Positions 19,551 through 29,107 of a stretch of 64,000 nt of DNA are shown here, one piece after another; the first letter of the stretch is position 1, and each line of letters starts with the position of its first letter. Made by a program: the position numbers and the translations under genes. A model generated the notes under the pieces. It did not search any database and had not been told where the DNA came from. It was given only the letters and a program-made list of their open reading frames with translations. The stretch is from an uncultured Gammaproteobacteria bacterium (GTDB taxonomy: Bacteria; Patescibacteriota; Microgenomatia; Levybacterales; UBA12049), in contig CAZFRF010000001.1 in the NCBI GenBank assembly GCA_964521295.1, positions 140,675 through 204,674 on the forward strand, read 5' to 3'.

Positions 19551-19952
19551 TCAAGCTTTTGAGGCTGAAAAAGGCTCAGGTTTATATTCTAGTTCTAGTC
19601 TTCTTGCCTCACCAGTTTTAGGATCTTTTCCAATATCCGCTGCGCCATGTGCTTTTCTGCCTACGTTTATTCTGTGAGTGCCAGTTGTAGCGGCAAAATG
19701 ATGATTTAAGTCTCTTAATGATCTGTGTGGTCTTTTTAAAATTTTACCAGCAACTAATACTTCATAGGGATTCTCTCTGGTTTGGACAGAAAAATCTACT
19801 AAAATCACTCCAGCATGCTCGGTTTTAAATACTCCAGCTTGATTTGGGCCAATAAATCTTCCATCCATAGTTGGCATGTTTTTACCGATAAGTGTCTGCC
19901 CATTTAGTGTGAGGCTAAAATGATTTCTATCTCTCTCAGGTCCTTTAATCAT
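19551..19952 (-). CDS. Hypothetical protein
   Basis: 133-aa ORF, TAAAAT 6 nt before ATG. Confidence 0.65.
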   Translation of the reverse strand: MIKGPERDRNHFSLTLNGQTLIGKNMPTMDGRFIGPNQAGVFKTEHAGVILVDFSVQTRENPYEVLVAGKILKRPHRSLRDLNHHFAATTGTHRINVGRKAHGAADIGKDPKTGEARRLELEYKPEPFSASKA

Positions 19953-20010
19953 GTCGAAATTTTAGCATATAAATTTTAAAAAGGAAATATTGATATAATA
20001 GGGCTAACTA

Positions 20011-20094
20011 GCCCGGGTGGCGAAACTGGCAGACGCGCAGTGTTCAGAACGCTGTATCCGCAAGGGTTTGGGAGTTCAAATCTCCCCCCGGGCA
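20011..20094 (+). tRNA. tRNA-Leu(CAG)
   Basis: CAGTG-TTCAGAA-CGCTG anticodon arm, long variable arm. Confidence 0.95.
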
Positions 20095-20140
20095 CAATAA
20101 TATAGTAAAACGAAGCTAAATTTTGTATAATCAATTTTAC

Positions 20141-20223
20141 GCGGATGTGGTGAAATGGCATACACGCTACCTTGAGGTGGTAGTGCCCTTAAAAGCGTGG
20201 AGGTTCGACTCCTCTCATCCGCA
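20141..20223 (+). tRNA. tRNA-Leu(GAG)
   Basis: CTACC-TTGAGGT-GGTAG anticodon arm. Confidence 0.95.
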
Positions 20224-20268
20224 CATTTATCTCTTGTTAGTTTCAAATTAATTACATATACTCTGTAT

Positions 20269-20380
20269 TAATCTTTTCGGGGATTTGCGAAAGTCAAAAT
20301 CGGTAGTAAACTCTACGAGCGAAAGCACGAGTCTGTGAAACTCAGACAGCGACCGTAAAGTCGGGATGAAAGAAAGATTA
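20269..20380 (+). ncRNA. FMN riboswitch (RFN element), divergent
   Basis: TCGGGG...GAAA...CGGTAGTAAA..CTACGA...GTGAAA...CGACCGTAAAGTCGGGATGAAAGAA with P1 TAATCTTT/AAAGATTA. Confidence 0.85.
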
Positions 20381-21288
20381 TGAAAAAAATACTTGGTCTT
20401 GGACCATTATTTATTGTTATTGCTGCGAGTCTTTGGGCTTTAGATGGCGTATTAAGAATTTCTCTCTATTCTCTTCCCCCAGCTACTATTGTATTTTATG
20501 AACATCTTTTTGGTTTTGTAATTTTGAGTTTTATTTTCTTTAAATGGATTAAGGATTTAAGAAAAATGACTCGAAAAGAATGGATTGGTATAGTAATAGT
20601 CTCACTTTTCTCTGGAGCTTTAGGTACAATTTTTTATACTCTAGCTTTGCAAAAAGTTAATTTCATTTCTTATAGCGTAGTAGTTCTGTTGCAACAGCAA
20701 CTACAACCTATTTGGGCAATACTTGCAGCGTCACTTCTATTAAAAGAAAAAATATCTAAAAAGTTTCTTTTTTGGACTGTAATAGCTTTAATTTCTGTCT
20801 ATTTTGTTACTTTTAAAGATTTAACTTTTAATTTGCAAACTGGGCAGGGTGTCGCTATTGCCGCTTTGCTTGCTTTAGGTGCTGGATTCATGTGGGGTAG
20901 CTCAACAGCTGTTAGTAAGTTAGTTTTAAAAAAAGTTAGTTTTTTAACTGCAACAGCAGAGAGATTCTTCTTAGCGCCTATTTTTGCTTTGGGATTTGTT
21001 ATTTTGCAAAACCAAACAGCCTCTCTTTTTGCTTTGAATGCAAATCAGATAAATACTCTAGTAATTATAGCTTTGTCTACAGGAATGGTTTCTTTAGTTA
21101 TCTATTATTATGGTTTGAAAAAAACCAGCGCAAGGGTTAGTGCGATCTGCGAAATGGCTTTTCCAGTTACAGCAGTTTTAATAGATTACTTTTATTTTCA
21201 TAAAACGCTCTCCCCTACCCAGATTATAGGAATAATCTTTTTAATCTTTGCTGTCTTTAAGGTTTCGCAGCAAAATAAGAAAGCATAG
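20380..21288 (+). CDS. EamA/DMT-family transporter, probable riboflavin importer (RibN-like)
   Basis: About 10 TM helices in duplicated EamA layout; directly follows FMN riboswitch. Confidence 0.8.
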   Translation: MKKILGLGPLFIVIAASLWALDGVLRISLYSLPPATIVFYEHLFGFVILSFIFFKWIKDLRKMTRKEWIGIVIVSLFSGALGTIFYTLALQKVNFISYSVVVLLQQQLQPIWAILAASLLLKEKISKKFLFWTVIALISVYFVTFKDLTFNLQTGQGVAIAALLALGAGFMWGSSTAVSKLVLKKVSFLTATAERFFLAPIFALGFVILQNQTASLFALNANQINTLVIIALSTGMVSLVIYYYGLKKTSARVSAICEMAFPVTAVLIDYFYFHKTLSPTQIIGIIFLIFAVFKVSQQNKKA

Positions 21289-21329
21289 TTTGTACAAATT
21301 TAGTTAATTTGATAAAATTAGATCCTAAT

Positions 21330-21405
21330 GGACGATTAGCTCAGCTGGTAGAGCGCTTCATTTACACTGAAGATGTCGCGAGTTCGAATCTTGCATCGTC
21401 CACCA
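21330..21405 (+). tRNA. tRNA-Val(TAC), CCA encoded
   Basis: CTTCA-TTTACAC-TGAAG. Confidence 0.95.
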
Positions 21406-21406
21406 G

Positions 21407-21479
21407 GCTGAGATAGCCAAGGTGGTCAAGGCACCTGTCTGAAGAACAGGCTATATGTGTTCGACTCACATTCTCAGCA
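21407..21479 (+). tRNA. tRNA-Phe(GAA)
   Basis: CCTGT-CTGAAGA-ACAGG; 1-nt spacer after tRNA-Val. Confidence 0.93.
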
Positions 21480-21518
21480 CATTGACTTTTTTGGTGTTGT
21501 GTGTAAAAATCCCCTATT

Positions 21519-21887
21519 ATGACAAGTCCAACCGAAAGATTAAGAAGGCAAGTTATTGAAAGATACCATTTAGTTGTGGGAGAGGTTGAGGTTGTGGTTC
21601 CCGTTGAAGATGTGGAAGTAAGGCAAGCAGTTGGTCATGGAGATAGCTTTGTCGTCGAAAGCACTGTCGGAAATTCAACCTGGGAAGTTACTGGTTTTGA
21701 ATCTAGAGAAAAAGATAGACCTCATACCCGAAGACAAAATCCTGTAGGTTTAGATGTAATAGCACTAGGTATTAGTGGGGTTAGAGGCGAAATCATAGGT
21801 GAAGGGCAAGAAGTAAGAGGAAGAGTTGATAGATTTCCAGTAGCAAGCGTTGCAACTGCAATCCATAAGTTTAATAAGCCTCGTTAA
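21519..21887 (+). CDS. Hypothetical protein
   Basis: 122-aa ORF between tRNA genes with its own TTGACT promoter. Confidence 0.65.
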   Translation: MTSPTERLRRQVIERYHLVVGEVEVVVPVEDVEVRQAVGHGDSFVVESTVGNSTWEVTGFESREKDRPHTRRQNPVGLDVIALGISGVRGEIIGEGQEVRGRVDRFPVASVATAIHKFNKPR

Positions 21888-21925
21888 TTGAGCTTAACTT
21901 CAGATTTTGATATAATCATTTTCAC

Positions 21926-21997
21926 GCGGGCGTAGTTCATCGGTAGAATGTCTCCTTGCCAAGGAGAAGGCAGTGGGTTCGATTCCCATCGCCCGCT
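21926..21997 (+). tRNA. tRNA-Gly(GCC)
   Basis: TCTCC-TTGCCAA-GGAGA. Confidence 0.95.
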
Positions 21998-22039
21998 CAC
22001 TTTCTTGACTAAATTTTTCCGATAGGCTATATTATTTTT

Positions 22040-22459
22040 ATGGACAATAATTTAGGACAAGTACAAACTCCAATTCCTTCTCCAACTCCAATTCCTGTTC
22101 AACCAAGTGTTAATCCGCAAATGCCGATCAAGTCAAATAGCGGATCAGGGTTTAAGATGTTTATTCTCCTCTTACTAGCTTTATTAGTCGTAGTTATTGT
22201 TGGTTCGGTTGCTTATTTTTTCCTAATGAGCTCTAAGCCTCAAACAACTTATACACCTTCAGAAAATTCTATGGCAAATGTAAAAACAGCCCCAACCGCG
22301 GTTCCAACTCAGCCTCAGGCTGATATCCAAAGTAAAATTGCAACCGATACACAGTTAGATAGTGATATGAAAACGCTTGAAGCCTCTCTTAATAATTTAG
22401 ATTCAGATTCAAAAGAAATTGATACAAGTCTTTTAGATAAGGAGACAAATTTACAATGA
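22040..22459 (+). CDS. Hypothetical single-pass membrane protein
   Basis: Pro-rich N-terminus, one TM; ATGA overlap with next gene. Confidence 0.75.
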   Translation: MDNNLGQVQTPIPSPTPIPVQPSVNPQMPIKSNSGSGFKMFILLLLALLVVVIVGSVAYFFLMSSKPQTTYTPSENSMANVKTAPTAVPTQPQADIQSKIATDTQLDSDMKTLEASLNNLDSDSKEIDTSLLDKETNLQ

Positions 22460-23304
22460 AAAAAATATTATTAACTTTAGCCTTATTGACTTTCGTTTTT
22501 CCAAGTTTTGTTAGTGCTCAAGAGGAAACGACAACGACAACGGCAACAACTACCCCTGTTCAAGAAGTTTCTCCTACAAAATCTCTTAAGAATAAAGTTC
22601 CAGTTCTTAAACCTACTAAAGCTTTAGAGATGAAGAGAGCAACTTCTCCAAAACCAACCGTAAATGTTGATCAAAAAGTTGCAGACTTGCAAAAGCGTGG
22701 AGATATGGAAATTGAAAGAAGAATTGTTGCCTTAAACAAGTTAATCGAAAGAATTGATAAAATTCGCAAGCTGTCTGCTACTCAAAAAACAGAACTTAAA
22801 GCAAGGGTCCAGACTGAAATTGATACGTTAAATGCGTTAAAGGCTAAAATCGACGCAGATACAGATATTACAACACTCAAAGCTGATGTTAAATCAATAG
22901 TTGATTCGTATAGAGTATTTGTTGTATTCATGCCTCAGATTCGGTTAATAGCAGCAGGAGATAGGCTTTTAACTGTTGCAGCTAATTTATCTGCAATTAG
23001 TACAAAATTACAAACTAGGATTACGGAGGCACAAGCCGCAGGTAAAGATGTTACCCAATTAAATACTTACCTAACTGATTTAAACGCAAAAGTAGCTAAC
23101 GCTAATACTCAAGCAAATGCGGTTATAACTGAGGCTCTGACTTTAACTCCAGAAGGTTATCCTGGAAATAAGACAACTATTCAAGCATTAAGAGCAAAAA
23201 TAAAAACAGGAACAGCAGATGCTCAGACTGCAAGAAAAGATGCACAAAGCATCTTGAAGCAATTAAAAACTTGGGTAAAAGTGAGTCCAACCTCAGCTAT
23301 TTAA
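22456..23304 (+). CDS. Secreted coiled-coil protein
   Basis: Signal peptide (VSA|Q), Thr-rich linker, long heptad helices. Confidence 0.75.
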   Translation: MKKILLTLALLTFVFPSFVSAQEETTTTTATTTPVQEVSPTKSLKNKVPVLKPTKALEMKRATSPKPTVNVDQKVADLQKRGDMEIERRIVALNKLIERIDKIRKLSATQKTELKARVQTEIDTLNALKAKIDADTDITTLKADVKSIVDSYRVFVVFMPQIRLIAAGDRLLTVAANLSAISTKLQTRITEAQAAGKDVTQLNTYLTDLNAKVANANTQANAVITEALTLTPEGYPGNKTTIQALRAKIKTGTADAQTARKDAQSILKQLKTWVKVSPTSAI

Positions 23305-23803
23305 GATAATCTTCTAAGCCTTTTCTTAATGAATCAAAAGCAAGTTCTTGCTGTAGGACTTCTGCTTTATTAAAGAATTGATAATCTGTAATATCATCAT
23401 TGATCGATAATTCTCCTGATTTTATTTTAGCTTCGACTACTACTCCGAATGTTGGAATATTTACTCCTTCATATAAATAATAGTCATTATAAATACCAAC
23501 TAGCTTTGTCATTTCAATTTCTATTCCCAATTCTTCTTTTATTTCTCTTTTAACTGATTCTTCAAAAGACTCGCCTGGTTCAATAAATCCTCCAGGTAAA
23601 TCCCAATATCCTTTTTTAGGTTCTGATTTTCTTTTAACTAACATAATTTGATTTTTCTCATTAACAATAATTACCCCATTACAAGGAACAGGATTTAGAT
23701 ATTGTTTAAATTTGCAGTTTGGGCAAATAAGTAAGCGGTTGGAGTTTTTAGAAAATTCAGTTTGGCACCGAGGACAATATTTATAAACGTCGACAAGTTC
23801 CAT
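23297..23803 (-). CDS. NUDIX hydrolase with N-terminal zinc ribbon
   Basis: CPRC...CPNC; GGFIEPGESFEESVKREIKEELG. Confidence 0.9.
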   Translation of the reverse strand: MELVDVYKYCPRCQTEFSKNSNRLLICPNCKFKQYLNPVPCNGVIIVNEKNQIMLVKRKSEPKKGYWDLPGGFIEPGESFEESVKREIKEELGIEIEMTKLVGIYNDYYLYEGVNIPTFGVVVEAKIKSGELSINDDITDYQFFNKAEVLQQELAFDSLRKGLEDYLK

Positions 23804-23804
23804 G

Positions 23805-24362
23805 TTAGTTGGTTTTTCTAAGTTTTAATTTGTTGTTGATAGCAAATACTATAATAAATGAGAAGACAGTTGTTAGTAGCCAAGCGATGATAGTTTGTTG
23901 GAGCAGTAAGGTTTCACGGATTTCAACTTCCCTTAAGGACTTACCAACTACTGCATAGCCTTCCTTTATGCCTTTATAGTAAACAGCAACTATAGCACTT
24001 CTGACTCCATCTTCAGGTTGCCATGTTAATTTAGAGTAATCTTTACCTTTTGCGTTATCCAGAACTCCTGTTGGGAAAACTGGTGCTTTGCCATGTAAAA
24101 CAGCAGAGTATGAAACTAGCTTTTTATTTTTATCAAAGAGCATTAAATATGGAGCAAGGCTTTTTGAAATTTCTGTTTTACCATTATCGTTAAAGGTGTA
24201 GTTTCCTCCTCCGCTTAAGTATATTCCTGCGTCAGTTGCCATTTGAATTTGAGGATCATTGGCATTTAGTCTATAGTTTTGTTGAATCGCCCAATAGATA
24301 AAACCATAAATTATTGTGAAGGTGATAAAAAGGGGAAGCCAAAGTTTTAATACCTGTTTCAT
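23805..24362 (-). CDS. Two-TM membrane protein with extracytoplasmic sensor-like domain
   Basis: ANDPQIQ...TWQPEDGVR; ATG 24362 follows TATACT. Confidence 0.7.
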   Translation of the reverse strand: MKQVLKLWLPLFITFTIIYGFIYWAIQQNYRLNANDPQIQMATDAGIYLSGGGNYTFNDNGKTEISKSLAPYLMLFDKNKKLVSYSAVLHGKAPVFPTGVLDNAKGKDYSKLTWQPEDGVRSAIVAVYYKGIKEGYAVVGKSLREVEIRETLLLQQTIIAWLLTTVFSFIIVFAINNKLKLRKTN

Positions 24363-24381
24363 GCTATTTAAGTATAGCATA

Positions 24382-25683
24382 CTACTCATTTGCAAAAGCT
24401 TGTTTTAAAGCCTTAACCGTTATTTTTTGCGCATCTAATTCCTGAGCCAATCTTTCTCTTTCTTCCTCGGGAAGAGTCCCTGCGATAAAAGGTAGCATTC
24501 GAGTAGCTACTGCAATGTAGTGCTCTAGAGAATAAACTACACTCCTGTCTTTAAATGGGTAGTCCTCAGGTCTTAATACTCCGTCTTCAAAAAGACGATT
24601 TAATAGGCTTAAGTAGGAAGCACTTCCTCTAAATGCTTGGTCTGCTTCTCTGGTAACAACATGGCGAATGCTAGGTGGCTTGGGTTTTTCTCCATTTGGT
24701 TGATCAACTAAGTCGCTAAATAATCCATCTCCAAACATTTCTAAATTTCCATCTCGAGTGTTTCTAATAAACGCGCCAATAATTTTTTCAAATTCTTTGG
24801 CTGGCATGTTTGAGGCAAGTGCAAGTCTTTCATAATGCTCTACCCAATTCCTTTCAATACCTGCATCGATTAATCTTCCTATTTGTACTGCGATTCCATA
24901 AGACATAATTCCATCTTTTACTCTTTGTTGCGTTTCGGAAGATAACATACTAAACCTTAATGCATCTCTAACGACTTCTGGAGATCTTCTAACTTTTTTA
25001 GAAAAATCTGTTAATGTTAAACCAGGAATCAATTGCCTTTCAACTGCATAAAACCTACTAATCCAATCAGCCTCCTCTTCTTGCGGAGGTCTTTCATGCG
25101 TATTTTCTGCAAGTTGTATAGTTAATGCTTCTTGAGCTGTAATACTATCTCCAATTCTTACTTCTAATCCTTTGGGGAAATGAGCATCAAAACAAGTAGG
25201 TGCTCTTTCTTGACTTTGTTGTTGCTTGGTAATTCTCTGACTACAGTCTTCACAAGGATGATCTACTAAATGTTTAGCGGCTCTAAACCGACGTTCTCCT
25301 GCAATTAAAACATAATAATGTGGTTGTCCGTCTTCTTCAATTGTGGGAGAAAGTTGATCAGTTGATATTTGTGTTTTCCAAGCAAGATTTATTACTGCTA
25401 AATAATTGTCCAGCATGCCCTCTGTCCAGCGAGCAACCATTGGCGGATTTATTTGTCCCTCTCCAGCAAGACTTTCTGCTAGATCAGCTATATGTTCAAA
25501 AGTTCTTCTAACTTGAGGAAGTGTATTAACTACTCCAATGGGTAAAAAATCCGATCTATATTTTTGTCTTTCAGCATCTGATAAGCCAAGTAGACGTGGG
25601 TCAAATAGTTCTGCAGTAGCACCGGAAGGAGTAGCTCCATTGCCTTTTCTATCTTTTTCAATTCTTACTCCTGCCATATGCAA
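24382..25683 (-). CDS. Divergent ParB/Spo0J-like protein
   Basis: PQVRRTF, LAESL...GQINP, LIAGERRFRA, QLAENTHER, HTH-like segment. Confidence 0.75.
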   Translation of the reverse strand: MHMAGVRIEKDRKGNGATPSGATAELFDPRLLGLSDAERQKYRSDFLPIGVVNTLPQVRRTFEHIADLAESLAGEGQINPPMVARWTEGMLDNYLAVINLAWKTQISTDQLSPTIEEDGQPHYYVLIAGERRFRAAKHLVDHPCEDCSQRITKQQQSQERAPTCFDAHFPKGLEVRIGDSITAQEALTIQLAENTHERPPQEEEADWISRFYAVERQLIPGLTLTDFSKKVRRSPEVVRDALRFSMLSSETQQRVKDGIMSYGIAVQIGRLIDAGIERNWVEHYERLALASNMPAKEFEKIIGAFIRNTRDGNLEMFGDGLFSDLVDQPNGEKPKPPSIRHVVTREADQAFRGSASYLSLLNRLFEDGVLRPEDYPFKDRSVVYSLEHYIAVATRMLPFIAGTLPEEERERLAQELDAQKITVKALKQAFANE

Positions 25684-25708
25684 AATATACAGATGAGCTA
25701 AATTAATT

Positions 25709-26290
25709 TCAAGGAGTAATTTGCAGTTTAGGCCATTTCTTTAACCATTCTTTATTTTTAATTCTATTTATAAAAAGATCTGGATTGTGCTTGTAGGTTT
25801 TTTCATAATTTGGTATTTTTGTTAGTTTTAAATTTACTAAATCATCAATTCCCCATGGAGCTCCGACTTTTATTTTTCCTTTTTCTAACTTAACGCCAAC
25901 ACACGTTGCTGTCTCTGACCATTCCGCTAATGCCTCAAGGGAATTCTTATATGGTCTTCTTTTGTGATAGATATGCATTCTAGCTTGGTTAGTTACTGAC
26001 CATTTAATCTTGGGGAAAAGTTTAGTTAAATATTTTTGATATTCCTCTTCCTTTTTACTAGTAAAAGTATCTAGTTCATTTTTGGAAAAATCATTTTTAT
26101 CAAAATATATAACATCAATATCTGGTATTGGAGTTCTTGTTTTAAAATTATGTAGATAGTCCCAGATTTTACTTCTTACAAATCCGGCCCCAATCCACCA
26201 ATCAGGAAGATTAAGTTTCTCTACAGTATTTAAAACATTTATCATCCAATCATCTTGAGCAATTACTTTTGCGATGTCTTTAGTGGTCAT
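25709..26290 (-). CDS. Nucleotidyltransferase family protein (DUF925-like)
   Basis: WIGAGFVRSKIWD, DIDVIYFD, NQARMH. Confidence 0.85.
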   Translation of the reverse strand: MTTKDIAKVIAQDDWMINVLNTVEKLNLPDWWIGAGFVRSKIWDYLHNFKTRTPIPDIDVIYFDKNDFSKNELDTFTSKKEEEYQKYLTKLFPKIKWSVTNQARMHIYHKRRPYKNSLEALAEWSETATCVGVKLEKGKIKVGAPWGIDDLVNLKLTKIPNYEKTYKHNPDLFINRIKNKEWLKKWPKLQITP

Positions 26291-26700
26291 TTATTTTTTG
26301 AGGAAAAATATTCTTGCATTGGTTTCCAATAGAAATCTTTCCAACCTGTTTCTAAATCCTCTAAATATATTTCTGGTATGCCTGTTTGTTCAAATTCAAG
26401 TTTAGTTTGATTTTTTCCATGTTCTAAGAACTTAATTGTTATTTTACTAAAATGGTCTTCTGGCCACTGGTCTTCCTTTTCCCTCCAATTTTGTACAATC
26501 GTAAGTGTTTTTGGATCAATCTCTAAATTTTCTCCTTCAATATATTTATCCCAAGCGGTGAATTTTCCACCAACTACTGGATCAATTTTTGCCCCCCCGC
26601 CTGTCATCTCAGAGTGTGATTTACTATCTAGCCAAGCAGCAAAGGCAACATCGGGAGAACAATCTAAAACAACTGATTGCTTAATGGTTTTATCGTTCAT
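26287..26700 (-). CDS. SRPBCC/AHSA1-domain protein
   Basis: GGKFTAWD, IVQNWR, GWKDFYW. Confidence 0.85.
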   Translation of the reverse strand: MNDKTIKQSVVLDCSPDVAFAAWLDSKSHSEMTGGGAKIDPVVGGKFTAWDKYIEGENLEIDPKTLTIVQNWREKEDQWPEDHFSKITIKFLEHGKNQTKLEFEQTGIPEIYLEDLETGWKDFYWKPMQEYFSSKNK

Positions 26701-26747
26701 TGTTAGATTATAGCAAATACATTTTAGACGTGTTAGAATTTTAAATT

Positions 26748-27632
26748 ATGAAAAAGCCGCATTTTTTTAAAGCCAAGTCTAGACTTGGGCTTGTTAATAA
26801 ACCAAATAGAATGCCTGAATTAAATCTAGGAGTAGAACAGGGTCCTGATGTTATTTTAGAAAGTAATTTTTTAAATGAAATAGAAAATGCAACTGTTTCG
26901 AATTTTCATTTCCCTACTCCAGAAACAATTTCTAAAAATGAATTTTTTAATACTCTTTCCCAAAGCATGGTTAATTTTAAAAATTTAATAAATGCTAATA
27001 TAAAAAAATCTCAAATGCAGGTTGTTATTGGTGGAGATCATAGCGTTTCTCTTCCATCCTTCTTAGCGCTTTTAGAAAGAGTTGAGGATATTTCTAAAGT
27101 TGGCTATATTCATTTTGATTCTCATGGAGATATTAATCTTTTTAAAGATAGTCCTTCACAAAATTTTCATGGAATGTATCTAAGGCCACTTTTTTCAAAA
27201 TTTGATATTGAGCAGATTGATAAATTAATACCAAATAAATTGTCGCCTAAAAATTTATTAATAGTTGGTAATCTAGATTTAGATCAGGGAGAAAAAAACT
27301 TTATAGAAAGTTGTGGTATTCAAACTATTTCACAAGACAATTTTGAATTAGAAAATGAAAAATATTTAAAAATCTTTACAGATTTTGTTAAAAACTTTGA
27401 ATATTTACATGTAAGTTTTGATGGAGATGTGTTAGATAAAAGCATTTTTAAAGCAACTGGTATCCCAGCTGAAAGAGGTTTTTTGCTTTCTGAAGTATTA
27501 ACGTTATTTAATATTTTAAAAACTCATAAAAAATTAAGTTTTGACGTTTGTGAATTTAATCCTAAAAAAGAAGGAGCAATTGAATCAAAAATTATTGTTC
27601 AAAAATTACTTAAAGAAATTATTATGCAGTAA
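26748..27632 (+). CDS. Arginase/ureohydrolase family protein
   Basis: GGDHS, DSHGD, HGM, SFDGDVLD, EFNP. Confidence 0.88.
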   Translation: MKKPHFFKAKSRLGLVNKPNRMPELNLGVEQGPDVILESNFLNEIENATVSNFHFPTPETISKNEFFNTLSQSMVNFKNLINANIKKSQMQVVIGGDHSVSLPSFLALLERVEDISKVGYIHFDSHGDINLFKDSPSQNFHGMYLRPLFSKFDIEQIDKLIPNKLSPKNLLIVGNLDLDQGEKNFIESCGIQTISQDNFELENEKYLKIFTDFVKNFEYLHVSFDGDVLDKSIFKATGIPAERGFLLSEVLTLFNILKTHKKLSFDVCEFNPKKEGAIESKIIVQKLLKEIIMQ

Positions 27633-28263
27633 TTGGAAATGTTTCTATGTAGGCAATAACTTGATCTATAGATGCGACGGTTTTTGCAGTAAATTCATCG
27701 TTTACTTGGGGATGAAATCCTAGGACTCCAAGTTTTGTTTGATCGGCTCCTGCCTGCCCAACTCTATCCAGATACGGCTTAATTGGCATTAAGCAAATTC
27801 CAAATCTTTCTTGAATTTCTTCGTCAGCATAAAGATCAATATAATCCAAGCACTTAGGACCTTTGAGATTAATTAAATCGCAACCTATTCCAGGTCTATG
27901 ATGTGGACAGCCAACCATTTTTCCGCTTACTGGTGTTTCATTAGACCTTCTGTTTCTAAGTTCAATTAATTCGTAGTTAAAAACTGTATCTAATCCGTCA
28001 ACAGCATATTCATCTGGTATTTCGCAGCTTCCAACTCCTATTCCGTCCATTTCCCAGGCTCTTTTAGCTATGCGCTTATATATTTCAAGCCAAAGGGTAT
28101 TGTGCGCTCCAGCAATAGCTTGATATTGAGAGATAGCATGAGCAATTGGACTTTCTATTTCTGCTTTAAAATCTGCATAGGTAGAAAGATTTGGATTGTG
28201 TTGAAATCCAGGAGTCATGTAGGGACTAATGTCTGGTCGGGGTATAAATTTTGGATTTTCCAT
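27622..28263 (-). CDS. Hypothetical protein with Cys/His cluster
   Basis: GCPHH...GC...KGPKCLDY; ATG 28263 follows TATACT. Confidence 0.65.
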   Translation of the reverse strand: MENPKFIPRPDISPYMTPGFQHNPNLSTYADFKAEIESPIAHAISQYQAIAGAHNTLWLEIYKRIAKRAWEMDGIGVGSCEIPDEYAVDGLDTVFNYELIELRNRRSNETPVSGKMVGCPHHRPGIGCDLINLKGPKCLDYIDLYADEEIQERFGICLMPIKPYLDRVGQAGADQTKLGVLGFHPQVNDEFTAKTVASIDQVIAYIETFPITA

Positions 28264-28306
28264 GGGCAAAGTATAACATTATGAGGATAAATATACAAAC
28301 TATAGG

Positions 28307-29050
28307 TTAAGGTTGTTTAACATGAATACTACTGCTTCCCTTTACATCTTTTACTATTGCTTTTACCCCATGAAACAAGGACCTGGCAAGTAAGGGTGGA
28401 GTGTGGGAAACAACGTACAGAGTACTAGGTACTGAGGTTAATGTAAACCTGCCAATATTTCCAACTGTAGGTTTAATTTGAATTGCTCCTTGAGAATAAT
28501 CTCTATGAAAATCAACGAGTGTATCAAACGCATTAATACTACCTGTTAAGCGCATAAAGTAGCGAGAATATTCAGGATAGGTTGGAAGTTGTTTAGTTTC
28601 TTCGGGCAAGAAGTAACTAAACAATCTTGCAGTAACCATGCCCTCCGCTTGAGTTAATCTTCCTAAGCTTATCGGATCTTGCTCTGATTTTATTTTTTCA
28701 GTTAGACGTAGTAATCTTTCTAGATTTCTTAAAAATCCATTTTTTTGATCAGGTGAAATTTCACCAAGATTTACTTTTAATTTTTCCATTTCCGTTGCTA
28801 AAGCCTGATTCCCTCCCCAATCAAATTCTGTATTTCCTGATAGATATTCAACTGCAGTTTGATAAGTTGCTTTTCTTTTTACTGGATCTACTTCCGCATC
28901 GACATGATCATCTGCAATACGAATTGCACGAGTTAGATTTAGCCACACAGGTACTATCCCCTCTGGTAAGGGAGCTTTTAATTTTTGTTCAGCAACATTT
29001 TTTAATAGTCTGACTGTTCCTTGTCCAACTAGTTTTTCAGAGTTTGACAT
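28307..29050 (-). CDS. Hypothetical all-helical protein, class I isoprenoid-synthase-like
   Basis: DDHVD and NAFDTLVDFHRDY aspartate-rich motifs. Confidence 0.55.
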   Translation of the reverse strand: MSNSEKLVGQGTVRLLKNVAEQKLKAPLPEGIVPVWLNLTRAIRIADDHVDAEVDPVKRKATYQTAVEYLSGNTEFDWGGNQALATEMEKLKVNLGEISPDQKNGFLRNLERLLRLTEKIKSEQDPISLGRLTQAEGMVTARLFSYFLPEETKQLPTYPEYSRYFMRLTGSINAFDTLVDFHRDYSQGAIQIKPTVGNIGRFTLTSVPSTLYVVSHTPPLLARSLFHGVKAIVKDVKGSSSIHVKQP

Positions 29051-29107
29051 AAGCAGTGATTATAGCACTTAACGGAAGTTTTTGAGTATTTCTGAATATT
29101 TGTAGGA

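Noticed and set aside
19976-20161. 61-aa minus-strand ORF (VPGGRFELP...)
   Set aside because: Antisense read-through of tRNA-Leu genes.
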